In this document: piece after piece, positions 31,257-39,524 of the stretch | Layout of the letters: each line of letters begins with the position of its first letter | Numbering within the stretch: the stretch's first letter is position 1 | Source: an uncultured bacterium | Lineage (GTDB): Bacteria > Bacillota_I > Bacilli_A > RF39 > UBA660 | Direction of reading: 5' to 3' | NCBI GenBank assembly: GCA_949288625.1 | Contig: CASEKZ010000091.1 | Span: forward strand, 1 to 39,524 | Length of the DNA: 39,524 bases | Notes under the pieces: model-generated | Database searches by the model: none | What the model saw: only the letters and a program-made list of their open reading frames with translations | What the model was told of the DNA's origin: nothing | Made by a program: the position numbers and the translations under genes

Positions 31257-31287
31257 AACAAGCACTTGTTAGAAGGGGGTATTAAAA

Positions 31288-33363
31288 TTGAAAGAAGATA
31301 ACATTAAAGAAATCCTTTTAAATAATGCTATTATAATTGGAGAAAAAAAATACGTGTCTACGGCAAAATTGGATGAAATATTTATGAAATATGATATTTC
31401 TGATGAAGACTTACAGTTATTGTATGAGTTTATGGATAAAGAGCAAATAGAGATTAAAGATCAAGCAGATATTAACACGGACTTTAATTTTAATTATGAA
31501 ACAGAAACAATTCAACCAATTAAAATGTATTTAAAAGAAATAGGAAGATTTCCTTTACTTACTAAGGATGAAGAGTTAAAGCTTTTTGAAGAGTTTAATA
31601 ATGGTAGCAAAGAGGCGTTTGATAAGATTATTAATTGTAACTTAAAGTTAGTTGTTTCGGTGGCAAAAAATTTTATTAGAAGTAAAGTACCGTTTTTGGA
31701 CTTAATTCAAGAAGGAAACATAGGCCTTATGAGGGCAGCAGAAAAATTTGATTTTTCTAAAGGATATAAGTTTTCAACTTATGCAACATGGTGGATAAGA
31801 CAATCAATAACACGCTCTATTGCGGATAAAAGTAGGGTTATTAGATTGCCTATTCATTATTTAGAACGGGTAGATGCGGTAAATAAGTATATAAGACAAG
31901 AAGAGTTAATATCTGAAAAGACTCCTAGTGTTATGGAAATTGCGGATCATTTTGGTGTTTCAGAAAATTTAGTAAGAGAACTTTTAACTAATGATTATAA
32001 AATGGTTTCCATTAATGCACCGGTAACTGAGGATGGTGATACTCAGTTAGCTGATTTGATACCTGATAAAAGCATTTCTAGTGAGGTTAAGACTGAAAGC
32101 GAAGAAATACAAGCTTTTGTTGATAAACTAATTGCTGAAATCGCCAAAAAGTATAAAAAAGAATATGTAATTAATAATGAACAAATAGATAAGTATAAGG
32201 TTAGTTTAGATAAGTTATTATCTTTTGACGGATTAGTCATTAGTGTTTGTGGTTTTAATATGTCAGATGATTATAAAAGAAGGTATCCTAAGGTAAAATT
32301 TGTATCTGGTGATTTAGAAGGTAAAAAAATAGTAATAAATAACCATCTAAAGCATGAAATTATTTTAAAAAACAGATTATATAATACAATGACTTTAGAA
32401 AGTCTAGGTCAAACGTTTGGATTAACGCGAGAACGAATAAGACAAATCTCAGATAAAATGATAAATAAATTGAGTATGAAAATCAAAAATGGAAAATCTC
32501 CTATATCTAAAGAGACGTTTGATAAGGAACAAATAAGAAGTGAAATTTTTGAGTGTATTGATATAGTGCGATCATTTACGAATTCTTATAATGTTAAACC
32601 AACGTTACTAGATATATCAGCACTTACTAAAATCAAAGGGCTGCTAGAATTATTTTTTAATGAAGCTAATAATTATAAACGTAATTTTAGTTTAATAACT
32701 AAGTATTGTACTAGTAAATTACAAAGTGCTAAAAATGAATTTTCAAAGCATGATATAATTAGCGTTTTAGATTTACTAGCATCTGATTTAGCTAAGGCTA
32801 ATGAAAGATTTCAACTTGAAATAGATGAAAATAAACATTTGGTAGACAGTCTAAAAAAAGAAAAAGAAATGAGAAAAATAAGTGATAACATTATTAGAAA
32901 CATGGAACTGTTAGACTACTTAAGGATTTATAAAGATTCGATTGTAGCATATGATGGTGATGTTATTTCGCTTGAATCACTTGATAATTATATAACTATT
33001 AATAGTTATATATTAAAAAAAATATTACCTAATACAAGCATATATGATTATGTTGTTACTTTATTATCTGGTAAAAGCGTTTATAATTTAAATGATGTTT
33101 TGCACACAATTAGCATACTTAAAGTAAAACCAACGTTTGATTTAATAAAAATATTTGAAGTTGGTGGTAATGGCGTGTTAGAAATTGACAACTTTGTTTA
33201 TAACACTTTAAAGAAAGCAAGAAAATATTCTATTAGAGAAGTTGTTATGCTAAAAGATATGCTTGATTATGAAAACGGAGTAGATAAAAAAACGAATTTT
33301 ACAAGTAATCCTAAATATACTGATGCTGATAAATACGAGGATTATAAGTATATAAAAAAATAA
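31288..33363 (+). CDS. Group-1-like (SigA/RpoD-like) sigma-70 factor with an insertion before region 4 and a C-terminal extension of about 290 aa of unknown function (691 aa)
   Basis: TTG start after the RBS aaggggg.
- Region 1.1-like: LDEIFMKYDISDEDLQLLYEFMDKEQIEI.
- Region 1.2: IKMYLKEIGRFPLLTKDEE.
- Region 2: NLKLVVSVAKNF...FLDLIQEGNIGLMRAAEKFDFSKGYKFSTYATWWIRQSITRSIADKSRVIRLPIH.
- Region 3: SINAPVTEDGDTQLADLIPD.
- Region 4.2: TLESLGQTFGLTRERIRQISDKMINKL.
- Residues about 400-691 have no sigma homology that I can recognise. Confidence 0.85.
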   Translation: MKEDNIKEILLNNAIIIGEKKYVSTAKLDEIFMKYDISDEDLQLLYEFMDKEQIEIKDQADINTDFNFNYETETIQPIKMYLKEIGRFPLLTKDEELKLFEEFNNGSKEAFDKIINCNLKLVVSVAKNFIRSKVPFLDLIQEGNIGLMRAAEKFDFSKGYKFSTYATWWIRQSITRSIADKSRVIRLPIHYLERVDAVNKYIRQEELISEKTPSVMEIADHFGVSENLVRELLTNDYKMVSINAPVTEDGDTQLADLIPDKSISSEVKTESEEIQAFVDKLIAEIAKKYKKEYVINNEQIDKYKVSLDKLLSFDGLVISVCGFNMSDDYKRRYPKVKFVSGDLEGKKIVINNHLKHEIILKNRLYNTMTLESLGQTFGLTRERIRQISDKMINKLSMKIKNGKSPISKETFDKEQIRSEIFECIDIVRSFTNSYNVKPTLLDISALTKIKGLLELFFNEANNYKRNFSLITKYCTSKLQSAKNEFSKHDIISVLDLLASDLAKANERFQLEIDENKHLVDSLKKEKEMRKISDNIIRNMELLDYLRIYKDSIVAYDGDVISLESLDNYITINSYILKKILPNTSIYDYVVTLLSGKSVYNLNDVLHTISILKVKPTFDLIKIFEVGGNGVLEIDNFVYNTLKKARKYSIREVVMLKDMLDYENGVDKKTNFTSNPKYTDADKYEDYKYIKK

Positions 33364-33393
33364 TTATCAAAAAATAATTTGATAATTATTTTT
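33356..33393 (+). terminator. AT-rich hairpin terminator after the sigma gene
   Basis: A long stem aaaaataattatcaaa/tttgataattattttt of about 16 bp (one G:C pair) with a 6-nt loop. It runs into a T-run and overlaps the stop codon. Confidence 0.5.
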
Positions 33394-33394
33394 A

Positions 33395-33423
33395 TTGTAA
33401 TAAATTAACATAATATATATAAT
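33395..33423 (+). promoter_or_regulatory. Putative promoter of the small membrane protein gene
   Basis: TTGTAA (33395-33400), a 17-nt spacer, then TATAAT (33418-33423). Confidence 0.4.
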
Positions 33424-33443
33424 ATTTATGAAAGGAGCTTTTT

Positions 33444-33758
33444 ATGTACGAATTTACTAAAAAAGATATTAGAAATAAATTTAAGGAAACTTCATATGGT
33501 AAAAAAATAAATAGTTACTTATTAATGGGTGTAATATTGTTTTTAATTTCGTTAATTACAAGTGTTATTTTATCATTTTATATATATAATGGTTTTAACG
33601 TTGATTTTTTTGATGATGTAATTATCTTTAATATGAATCGGGTTTGTTATTTATCTTATTCAATTACCATTTTTTTCACCATGATTTTAGTTTATTTAGA
33701 TGGTAAAAGAGATGGAGCTATTAGGCAGTTTGAACTAAGTTATAATAAAAGCAAATAA
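33444..33758 (+). CDS. Hypothetical small membrane protein (104 aa, two predicted TM helices)
   Basis: RBS aaaggag 6 nt before the ATG. The N-terminus is basic, the two hydrophobic stretches are LLMGVILFLISLITSVILSFYIY and VCYLSYSITIFFTMILVYL, and the C-terminus is charged. Confidence 0.5.
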   Translation: MYEFTKKDIRNKFKETSYGKKINSYLLMGVILFLISLITSVILSFYIYNGFNVDFFDDVIIFNMNRVCYLSYSITIFFTMILVYLDGKRDGAIRQFELSYNKSK

Positions 33759-33782
33759 CAATGCTTAATGAAGCATTGTTTT
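33757..33782 (+). terminator. Rho-independent terminator
   Basis: A 10-bp perfect stem aacaatgctt/aagcattgtt with a 4-nt loop, followed by tttt. Confidence 0.75.
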
Positions 33783-33956
33783 AAAACACATAAAAATATG
33801 ATGCAATTAACGAGTACTAATAGTAGGTGATAAAATAATATTAATGGTAACATTTATCTTGGTGATGAATTAGTAGATAAAAACAAAATAAATTCAAAAT
33901 CATTGTAATAAGATAAAATATATGATAAAATATTATTTAGCGATAGGAGGATTATC

Positions 33957-34166
33957 ATGTTAACAGTTTTGATGATTATATCTATTTTACTTATTATAAT
34001 AGTTCTTTTACAAAGTGGTAAGGCTGAAAGTGGTAACATAATAACTGGTGGAAACGCTGATTTATTTATGAATAGAAAAGAACGCGGTGGAGAACTTTTT
34101 ATTACTAGGTTAACGTACGTTTTAGGGATTGCTTTTTTTGTTATATGTATAATAATGGACATGTAA
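33957..34166 (+). CDS. secG: Preprotein translocase subunit SecG
   Basis: 69 aa with two TM helices and the characteristic LLQSGKAESG...GG segment. RBS aggagg. Its position between eno and rnr matches Bacilli. Confidence 0.8.
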   Translation: MLTVLMIISILLIIIVLLQSGKAESGNIITGGNADLFMNRKERGGELFITRLTYVLGIAFFVICIIMDM

Positions 34167-34170
34167 AGTA

Positions 34171-34198
34171 AAAAAGACTTGGTTAGAAGTCTTTTTTT
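34171..34198 (+). terminator. Rho-independent terminator after secG
   Basis: aaaaagactt/aagtcttttt stem with a 6-nt loop, followed by a T-run. Confidence 0.7.
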
Positions 34199-34234
34199 GC
34201 TTATAATAATTATAGAAGGTTATGGTGATTAGAT

Positions 34235-36391
34235 TTGAAAGATAGATTATTAAATATTTTAAAAGAGAATAATAAGTCTTATACGGCTTTTGAGCTTAAA
34301 GATGCTTTGGGGCTTGATACAACCGATGAAATAAGAAAAATGTTAGATTGTCTAAATGAGTTAGAAAGTGATTTGAGTATCTATCATACTAATAAAGATA
34401 AGTATATAGCTTTTGAATATAGTCATTTAAAAAAAGGTAAAATAGAAGTTTCCGAAAAAGGATTTGGCTTTGTCTTGATGGATGATGAAGATGATATACA
34501 CGTTGATAAAGAACATTTAAATGGTGCGCAAGATGGTGATATGGTAATAGTTGAAATAGTAAATAAAAATACTGGTTCAAAAAAGGAAGGAAGAGTACTT
34601 CGTATTGCCAAGAGAAATTATGGTGCGTTAGTAGGAGAATACGTATATAATAATGGTAATCCAAGTGTAATTGTAAGTGATAATAAGTTTAAGCAAAAAA
34701 TAGTATTGACTAAAGAAAGTACCAAGAACGCGGTAGATGGGCACATTGTTTTATTAAACGTTATAAAAGAACTTGATCGTAATACTATTTTAGCGGAAAT
34801 AAAAACAATTATAGGTCATAAAAATGATGTTGGGGTAGACATTGAAGCTATTGTTTACAAGCATATGTTCTCTCCTAAATTTTCGGATGAAGTCCTAAAA
34901 GAACTAGATGACATACCAGATTATGTAAGACAAGAAGATAAAGTTGGAAGAGTGGATTTGACTGATAAGGTTATATTTACCATAGATGGGGATGATACTA
35001 AAGACATAGATGATGCTATTTCAATTAATAAATTAAAAAATGGTAATTATGAATTAGGGGTTCATATCGCTGATGTTTCTTATTATGTTAAACCTGGTTC
35101 TAAACTTTATGATGAAGCGTATGAAAGAGGTACTAGTGTTTATTTGGTGGACCGTGTTATACCTATGTTACCTCATAAATTATCAAATGGTATTTGTTCA
35201 CTTAATCCCTTGGTTGAGCGGCTTGCGATAAGCTGTGTTATGGAAATTGATAATAAAGGTACTGTTGTACGTCATAATATTTTTGAAAGTGTTATAAAAT
35301 CAAGAATTCAAATGACTTATAAAAAAGTAAATAAATGGCTAGATGAGGGTATTATAGAAGAAGGGTATGCACCATTTACAAATGATTTATCAATAATGAA
35401 AGAGCTTTCGGATATAATAAGAAAAAGAAGGGAAAGAAATGGCGCTATTGACTTTGATACTGACGAGGCTAAAATTATTGCGGATGAAAACGGAAAGCCA
35501 ATAGATGTTGTTTTAAGAGAACGTTCTTCTGGTGAAAAAATGATTGAAGATTTTATGATTGTTGCAAATGAAACGGTTGCATCACACGTTTTTTATATGG
35601 AACTTCCTTTTGTTTATCGTGTGCATGGTACTCCTAAAGAAGAAAAAGTAAATGATTTTTTGAATTTTATAAGTTCACTTGGATATAAAATAACAGGAAA
35701 GGTAAACATTAAATATCCATCAAGTATACAAAATGTTTTGGATCAATTAAAAGATAAGAAAGAATATAAAATATTAGCTTCTTTAATGTTAAGAGCTATG
35801 CAAAAAGCTGTTTATCAAACCGAAAACATAGGACATTTTGGACTTGCAAGTAAGATATATACTCATTTTACATCACCAATAAGAAGGTTTCCAGATACTA
35901 CCGTTCATCGTCTTTTAAGAACTTATTTATTTAAAGGTGATGATTCTAAAAAAACGATTGATTATTTTAAGGAATATTTACCTATTTTAGCTGATCACGC
36001 ATCACAAAAAGAACGTGATGCTATCGAGTGTGAAAGAGAAGTAGAAGATATGAAGATGGCAGAGTACATGATGGATCATGTCGGAGAAGAATTTACCGGA
36101 ATGATAAGCGGAGTTGCTCCTTTTGGCATGTTTGTTGAGCTTCCTAACATGATTGAGGGTTTGGTTCACATAAGTGATATTAAAGGTGATTATTATAACT
36201 ATGATGAGGCTACGATGAGTCTTATAGGACAAAAACATAAAAAAAGGTACCGAATTGGTGATGAGGTAATGGTAATATGTACGTCTGCATCTAAAGAAGA
36301 GACGTTTATTGATTTTGAAATAAGTAGTGAAAGTAGTGAAGAAAATGGAAGAGAAAAGAAGGAAGAAAAGAAAGCTGAAAACTTGGGTTAA
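34235..36391 (+). CDS. rnr: Ribonuclease R
   Basis: TTG start after ggtga. There are N-terminal HTH and cold-shock-like domains. RNB catalytic motifs are TIDGDDTKDIDDAIS, RGTSVYLVDRVIPMLP and FTSPIRRFPD. A C-terminal S1 domain (GMISGVAPFGMFVEL) and a Lys/Glu tail follow. Confidence 0.9.
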   Translation: MKDRLLNILKENNKSYTAFELKDALGLDTTDEIRKMLDCLNELESDLSIYHTNKDKYIAFEYSHLKKGKIEVSEKGFGFVLMDDEDDIHVDKEHLNGAQDGDMVIVEIVNKNTGSKKEGRVLRIAKRNYGALVGEYVYNNGNPSVIVSDNKFKQKIVLTKESTKNAVDGHIVLLNVIKELDRNTILAEIKTIIGHKNDVGVDIEAIVYKHMFSPKFSDEVLKELDDIPDYVRQEDKVGRVDLTDKVIFTIDGDDTKDIDDAISINKLKNGNYELGVHIADVSYYVKPGSKLYDEAYERGTSVYLVDRVIPMLPHKLSNGICSLNPLVERLAISCVMEIDNKGTVVRHNIFESVIKSRIQMTYKKVNKWLDEGIIEEGYAPFTNDLSIMKELSDIIRKRRERNGAIDFDTDEAKIIADENGKPIDVVLRERSSGEKMIEDFMIVANETVASHVFYMELPFVYRVHGTPKEEKVNDFLNFISSLGYKITGKVNIKYPSSIQNVLDQLKDKKEYKILASLMLRAMQKAVYQTENIGHFGLASKIYTHFTSPIRRFPDTTVHRLLRTYLFKGDDSKKTIDYFKEYLPILADHASQKERDAIECEREVEDMKMAEYMMDHVGEEFTGMISGVAPFGMFVELPNMIEGLVHISDIKGDYYNYDEATMSLIGQKHKKRYRIGDEVMVICTSASKEETFIDFEISSESSEENGREKKEEKKAENLG

Positions 36392-37514
36392 AATAACGTT
36401 AGTAGTACTATTATTATTTGTGCTAGGTCTAGTTGCATATTATTTTTGTAGTAACTTAAATAAGGATGATAAAAAATCAAAAAAAGACGAAAGCCTAACA
36501 ATTACCACAACCAAAAAACAAGAAGAATCAAATACGCTTTCGATGGTTATGGTAGGAGATTGTCTTATACATCGTTTTGTTTATACTGATGCTAAAAACG
36601 ATGATGGAACATATTCTTTTTCTAAAATGTTTACCGAAGTTGAGCCATTAATAAAAAATCATGATTTAGCTTTTTATAATCAGGAAAGTATAATTGGTGG
36701 TAAAGTACTTGGTTTGTCTGCTTATCCTAGGTTTAATTCGCCTGAAGAAATAGGTAATGACATGGTAAATTTAGGATTTAATTTGGTTAGTTTGGCGAAT
36801 AATCATACTATGGACAAAGGGGAACAAGGAGTAATAAATTCTGTAAACTTCTGGAAAACGCATCCAAGTGTTTATTATACGGGACAAGCCTTATCAAACG
36901 AAGATAGACAAGATAATATAAAAGTTTTAGAAAAAAACGGAATAAAGTATGCTTTTTTGGCATATACAACGGTAACTAATGGCTTATTACCTCCTAGTGG
37001 TAAAGATTATTTAACTAATATTTATTCAAGACAAAAAGCACAAAATGACATTGATAAAGTAAAAGATGAGGCTGATTTGATAATCGTTTCAATGCACTGG
37101 GGAGAAGAATATACTACATATCCTAATAGTAATCAAAAAGAAGTTGCAAAAGAATTAGCTGATATGGGTGTTAATTTAATAATTGGAAACCATGCTCATT
37201 CTATTCAACCGGTAGAGATGATAGGTGATACCTTGGTGTTTTACGCACTTGGCAACTTCATTGCAGCACAAGATACGCCGGATAGACAAACCGGAGTATT
37301 AGTTACTTTAAACATTAATAAAGAAGATAATAATAAAATAACGTTTAGCGATATTAAAGCTAATTTAATATACACATATTTTAAGGGAAGTAGTAATTTT
37401 AAGATTTATCCATACACGAAGTTAAATAATGATCTTTTAAACAATTATCAGACGTATTATAATAAGTATAAATCTGTTTTAACAAGATACACTGATATAA
37501 TAGAGGTGGAATAA
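36345..37514 (+). CDS. CapA/PGA_cap-family metallophosphatase-like membrane-anchored protein
   Basis: The N-terminus is basic with a TM helix ([19 protein letters not shown]). Family motifs are [33 protein letters not shown] and [10 protein letters not shown]. The start overlaps the rnr 3' end. Confidence 0.8.
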   Translation: MEEKRRKKRKLKTWVKITLVVLLLFVLGLVAYYFCSNLNKDDKKSKKDESLTITTTKKQEESNTLSMVMVGDCLIHRFVYTDAKNDDGTYSFSKMFTEVEPLIKNHDLAFYNQESIIGGKVLGLSAYPRFNSPEEIGNDMVNLGFNLVSLANNHTMDKGEQGVINSVNFWKTHPSVYYTGQALSNEDRQDNIKVLEKNGIKYAFLAYTTVTNGLLPPSGKDYLTNIYSRQKAQNDIDKVKDEADLIIVSMHWGEEYTTYPNSNQKEVAKELADMGVNLIIGNHAHSIQPVEMIGDTLVFYALGNFIAAQDTPDRQTGVLVTLNINKEDNNKITFSDIKANLIYTYFKGSSNFKIYPYTKLNNDLLNNYQTYYNKYKSVLTRYTDIIEVE

Positions 37515-37954
37515 TGATTGAAATAAAAAATAAGAAGGCTTACTTTGATTATTTTATAGAGGATACTTATGAGGCAGGAATTGTATTAACTGGTACAGAA
37601 ATTAAATCAATTAGAAATGGTAGCTGCAACTTAAAGGACACCTACGCAAGGATAAAAAATAATGAAGCATATGTAATTAATATGTTTATTGCGCCTTATG
37701 AACAAGGAAATATATTTAATCATGATGAAAGAAGAGAAAGAAAACTACTTTTACATAAAAAAGAAATCTATAAAATAAAACAAAATATAGAAAAAGAAGG
37801 TTATTCTTTGATTCCTGTTAAACTTTATTTAAAAAATGGTAAAGCTAAAGTTTTATTAGGTGTTGCTAAAGGTAAGAAGTTATATGATAAAAGGCAAGCT
37901 TTAAAAGAAAAAGACATTAAAAGAGATTTGCAAAAGATGGTTAATAAGTATTAA
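37514..37954 (+). CDS. smpB: SsrA-binding protein SmpB
   Basis: [29 protein letters not shown] and [12 protein letters not shown]. The ATG overlaps the upstream TAA (TAATG). Confidence 0.95.
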   Translation: MIEIKNKKAYFDYFIEDTYEAGIVLTGTEIKSIRNGSCNLKDTYARIKNNEAYVINMFIAPYEQGNIFNHDERRERKLLLHKKEIYKIKQNIEKEGYSLIPVKLYLKNGKAKVLLGVAKGKKLYDKRQALKEKDIKRDLQKMVNKY

Positions 37955-37966
37955 CCTCTTTTTTTT
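37939..37966 (+). terminator. Rho-independent terminator overlapping the smpB stop
   Basis: The stem ggttaat/attaacc with a 4-nt loop is followed by tcttttttttg. Confidence 0.6.
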
Positions 37967-38018
37967 GTCATTAATGTGTCGTTTGATGATATAATATTTA
38001 TATAAAGGAGAAGTGAGT

Positions 38019-38489
38019 ATGAAAAATATACTAAAGTTTTTAGCTATCTTTTCATTGGTAATCATTTTAGCAGGCTGCACATCCAAAACTGAGGAAAAAG
38101 TTGTTAAATGTACGCTTAATCAAAATAACGCGGCGTATGGATATGAATTAAGCTCAGAGTATAACATATATACCGATGGAAAAATCGTAAATAAAGTAGA
38201 AACAACGGAAGTAGTAACAAGTGATAATCAAGAAATTTTGGATTATTTAGAAAATTATAATAATAAACTCTATACAAATATGAATGATGCTTATGGAGGG
38301 TATGAATTTAGTTCTACTAATGAAAATAACATGTTAACTGCGGTAACAAAAATTGATTATAAAAAGTTAGATAGTAAAAAGCTAGCAGAAGACCAACCAT
38401 CAATGAAAAATTACATGAACGATGATTACGTACTAACTTTAGATGGTATTAAATTAATATATGAGCAAATGGGTGCAACGTGTGAATAA
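38019..38489 (+). CDS. Putative lipoprotein
   Basis: RBS aaggag. The signal peptide has the lipobox LAGC (MKNILKFLAIFSLVIILAGCTS). The mature part of about 135 aa has a size and composition reminiscent of YehR/DUF1307-type lipoproteins, but I cannot confirm the family. Confidence 0.7.
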   Translation: MKNILKFLAIFSLVIILAGCTSKTEEKVVKCTLNQNNAAYGYELSSEYNIYTDGKIVNKVETTEVVTSDNQEILDYLENYNNKLYTNMNDAYGGYEFSSTNENNMLTAVTKIDYKKLDSKKLAEDQPSMKNYMNDDYVLTLDGIKLIYEQMGATCE

Positions 38490-38493
38490 TAAT

Positions 38494-38520
38494 AAAAGAT
38501 TCCAAAAAACGGAATCTTTT
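38494..38520. terminator. Bidirectional terminator between convergent genes
   Basis: A 10-bp stem aaaagattcc/ggaatctttt with a 7-nt loop, with A/T runs on both sides. It overlaps the stop of the minus-strand gene. Confidence 0.7.
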
Positions 38521-39524
38521 ATTTTGTAACTATAATTGTCGTTGGTATACCGCGGGTTCTATGTCTTAGTGCCGAATCAATTGGATCATTTATATAGCAA
38601 TAATTATCCGAACAATTGGAATTATATTTTAACGCTTCTTTTTTTGGTAAAATCATAACGGTCGAAGTGCCTCCATCTAAGTTTGCCGCATTAACTGCCC
38701 CATAATTACTCATTATTTCTGTTAAATCCACCATACTAGCACCTTTAGTTCTAGTTGAGTTGCTATTTACCACAAGAAAAAGGATTATACCATCACTTCT
38801 TTGTCCTATTGCGGTTCTAGCAGCATATCCCCAGCCACCATTTCCTTTTATAAATGACTTTTGTCCGTTTACTATTAAAAATGGACCCCATGAAACGCCA
38901 TCACGAACGTTCATCTTTTTAGCTTTCGCAGCCGTAGCATTTTTAATTAAAACCAACTTATTATCATAAGTCATACCTATTAGGCCTCCTGATTGGGAAT
39001 CGGATGAATAAGTATTATCAGTTATTACTTTTCCATTTGATATGGTAACACCTGTTGGTCTACCACCGGTTTGATTGCCTGGGGCGTTTCCAAATCCTCC
39101 ACCATTAATCGCTAGAATAGCATTATTTTGTTCAGCTATTTTAGTAGCATATTGTCCGTAGGTTCCAACTCTGTTAGATACGGCTACTTTAACTTTACTT
39201 GGATCATAAACAGCGGCTAGGTATGCTTTTTGCCCATTTACTTCAAGTTCAATAATTTTATAATCCTCATCTTTTTGTCTTAATAAAATTTGTTTCTCAT
39301 ACTCATTAGCGTACTTTTCTTCTTTCATATCAATTAAATCAGTATTAGTATCTTCATTAACTTCTATTATATAGTTGTGCTTTAGCACTTTATTTATTTC
39401 ATCATCATTATAAAACCATTTACAAAGGTATTGGTGACTCATCGTATTCATTGAAGTTGATATAAACCATACTCTAAATTTATCATAAGGACCATACAAT
39501 AAAAATAGAAAAGAAGAACATGCA
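38519..39524 (-). CDS. Phosphodiester glycosidase (NAGPA/DUF2233) family protein, 5'-truncated by the window edge
   Basis: AILAINGGGF, GRPTGVTISNGKV, WGPFLIVNGQ, RTAIGQRSDGIILFLVV and ANLDGGTSTVM. The frame stays open upstream of the ORF-track TTG (39499) to the window end and encodes a hydrophobic ...ACSSFLFL segment. Confidence 0.75.
   Translation of the reverse strand, partial: ACSSFLFLLYGPYDKFRVWFISTSMNTMSHQYLCKWFYNDDEINKVLKHNYIIEVNEDTNTDLIDMKEEKYANEYEKQILLRQKDEDYKIIELEVNGQKAYLAAVYDPSKVKVAVSNRVGTYGQYATKIAEQNNAILAINGGGFGNAPGNQTGGRPTGVTISNGKVITDNTYSSDSQSGGLIGMTYDNKLVLIKNATAAKAKKMNVRDGVSWGPFLIVNGQKSFIKGNGGWGYAARTAIGQRSDGIILFLVVNSNSTRTKGASMVDLTEIMSNYGAVNAANLDGGTSTVMILPKKEALKYNSNCSDNYCYINDPIDSALRHRTRGIPTTIIVTK

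Overview
This is an AT-rich window (roughly one-third G+C by eye) from a wall-bearing low-GC Firmicute, read with the standard genetic code (Trp is TGG; stops are TAA or TAG). It is almost entirely core housekeeping DNA, tightly packed, with several TAATG-type stop/start overlaps. I see no rRNA, tRNA, tmRNA, CRISPR array, transposase, integrase or phage genes.

Gene order:
- rpoB (5' end cut by the window edge) and rpoC.
- A promoter-bearing pair of orphan ORFs.
- tilS, ftsH and a convergent class A PBP.
- DUF1934-argS, rpoE, prfA, prmC, spoIIR and mntP.
- A 471-aa doubly anchored orphan protein.
- A class II aldolase, murA, a membrane-anchored SGNH hydrolase and rpmE.
- The str operon: rpsL, rpsG, fusA and tuf.
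- A convergent FemAB-family gene, then eno.
- A 691-aa SigA-like sigma factor with an internal insertion and a C-terminal extension of about 290 aa, followed by a small 2-TM protein.
- secG, rnr, a CapA-like metallophosphatase and smpB.
- A lipoprotein and a convergent phosphodiester-glycosidase-family gene that runs off the 3' edge.

I found no recognisable defence or mobile system. The most unusual object is the oversized sigma factor inserted into the conserved eno-secG-rnr-smpB neighbourhood.

Secondary points of interest:
- Natural variants at classic antibiotic-target positions: Asn at the RpoB H526 equivalent and Ile at the S12 P90 equivalent.
- The orphan cassette behind rpoC and the 471-aa orphan protein.
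- A Rho_N/HeH-like tail on FtsH.
- An mntP 5' end with no canonical start codon.
- Several structured intergenic or 3'-end RNA elements.
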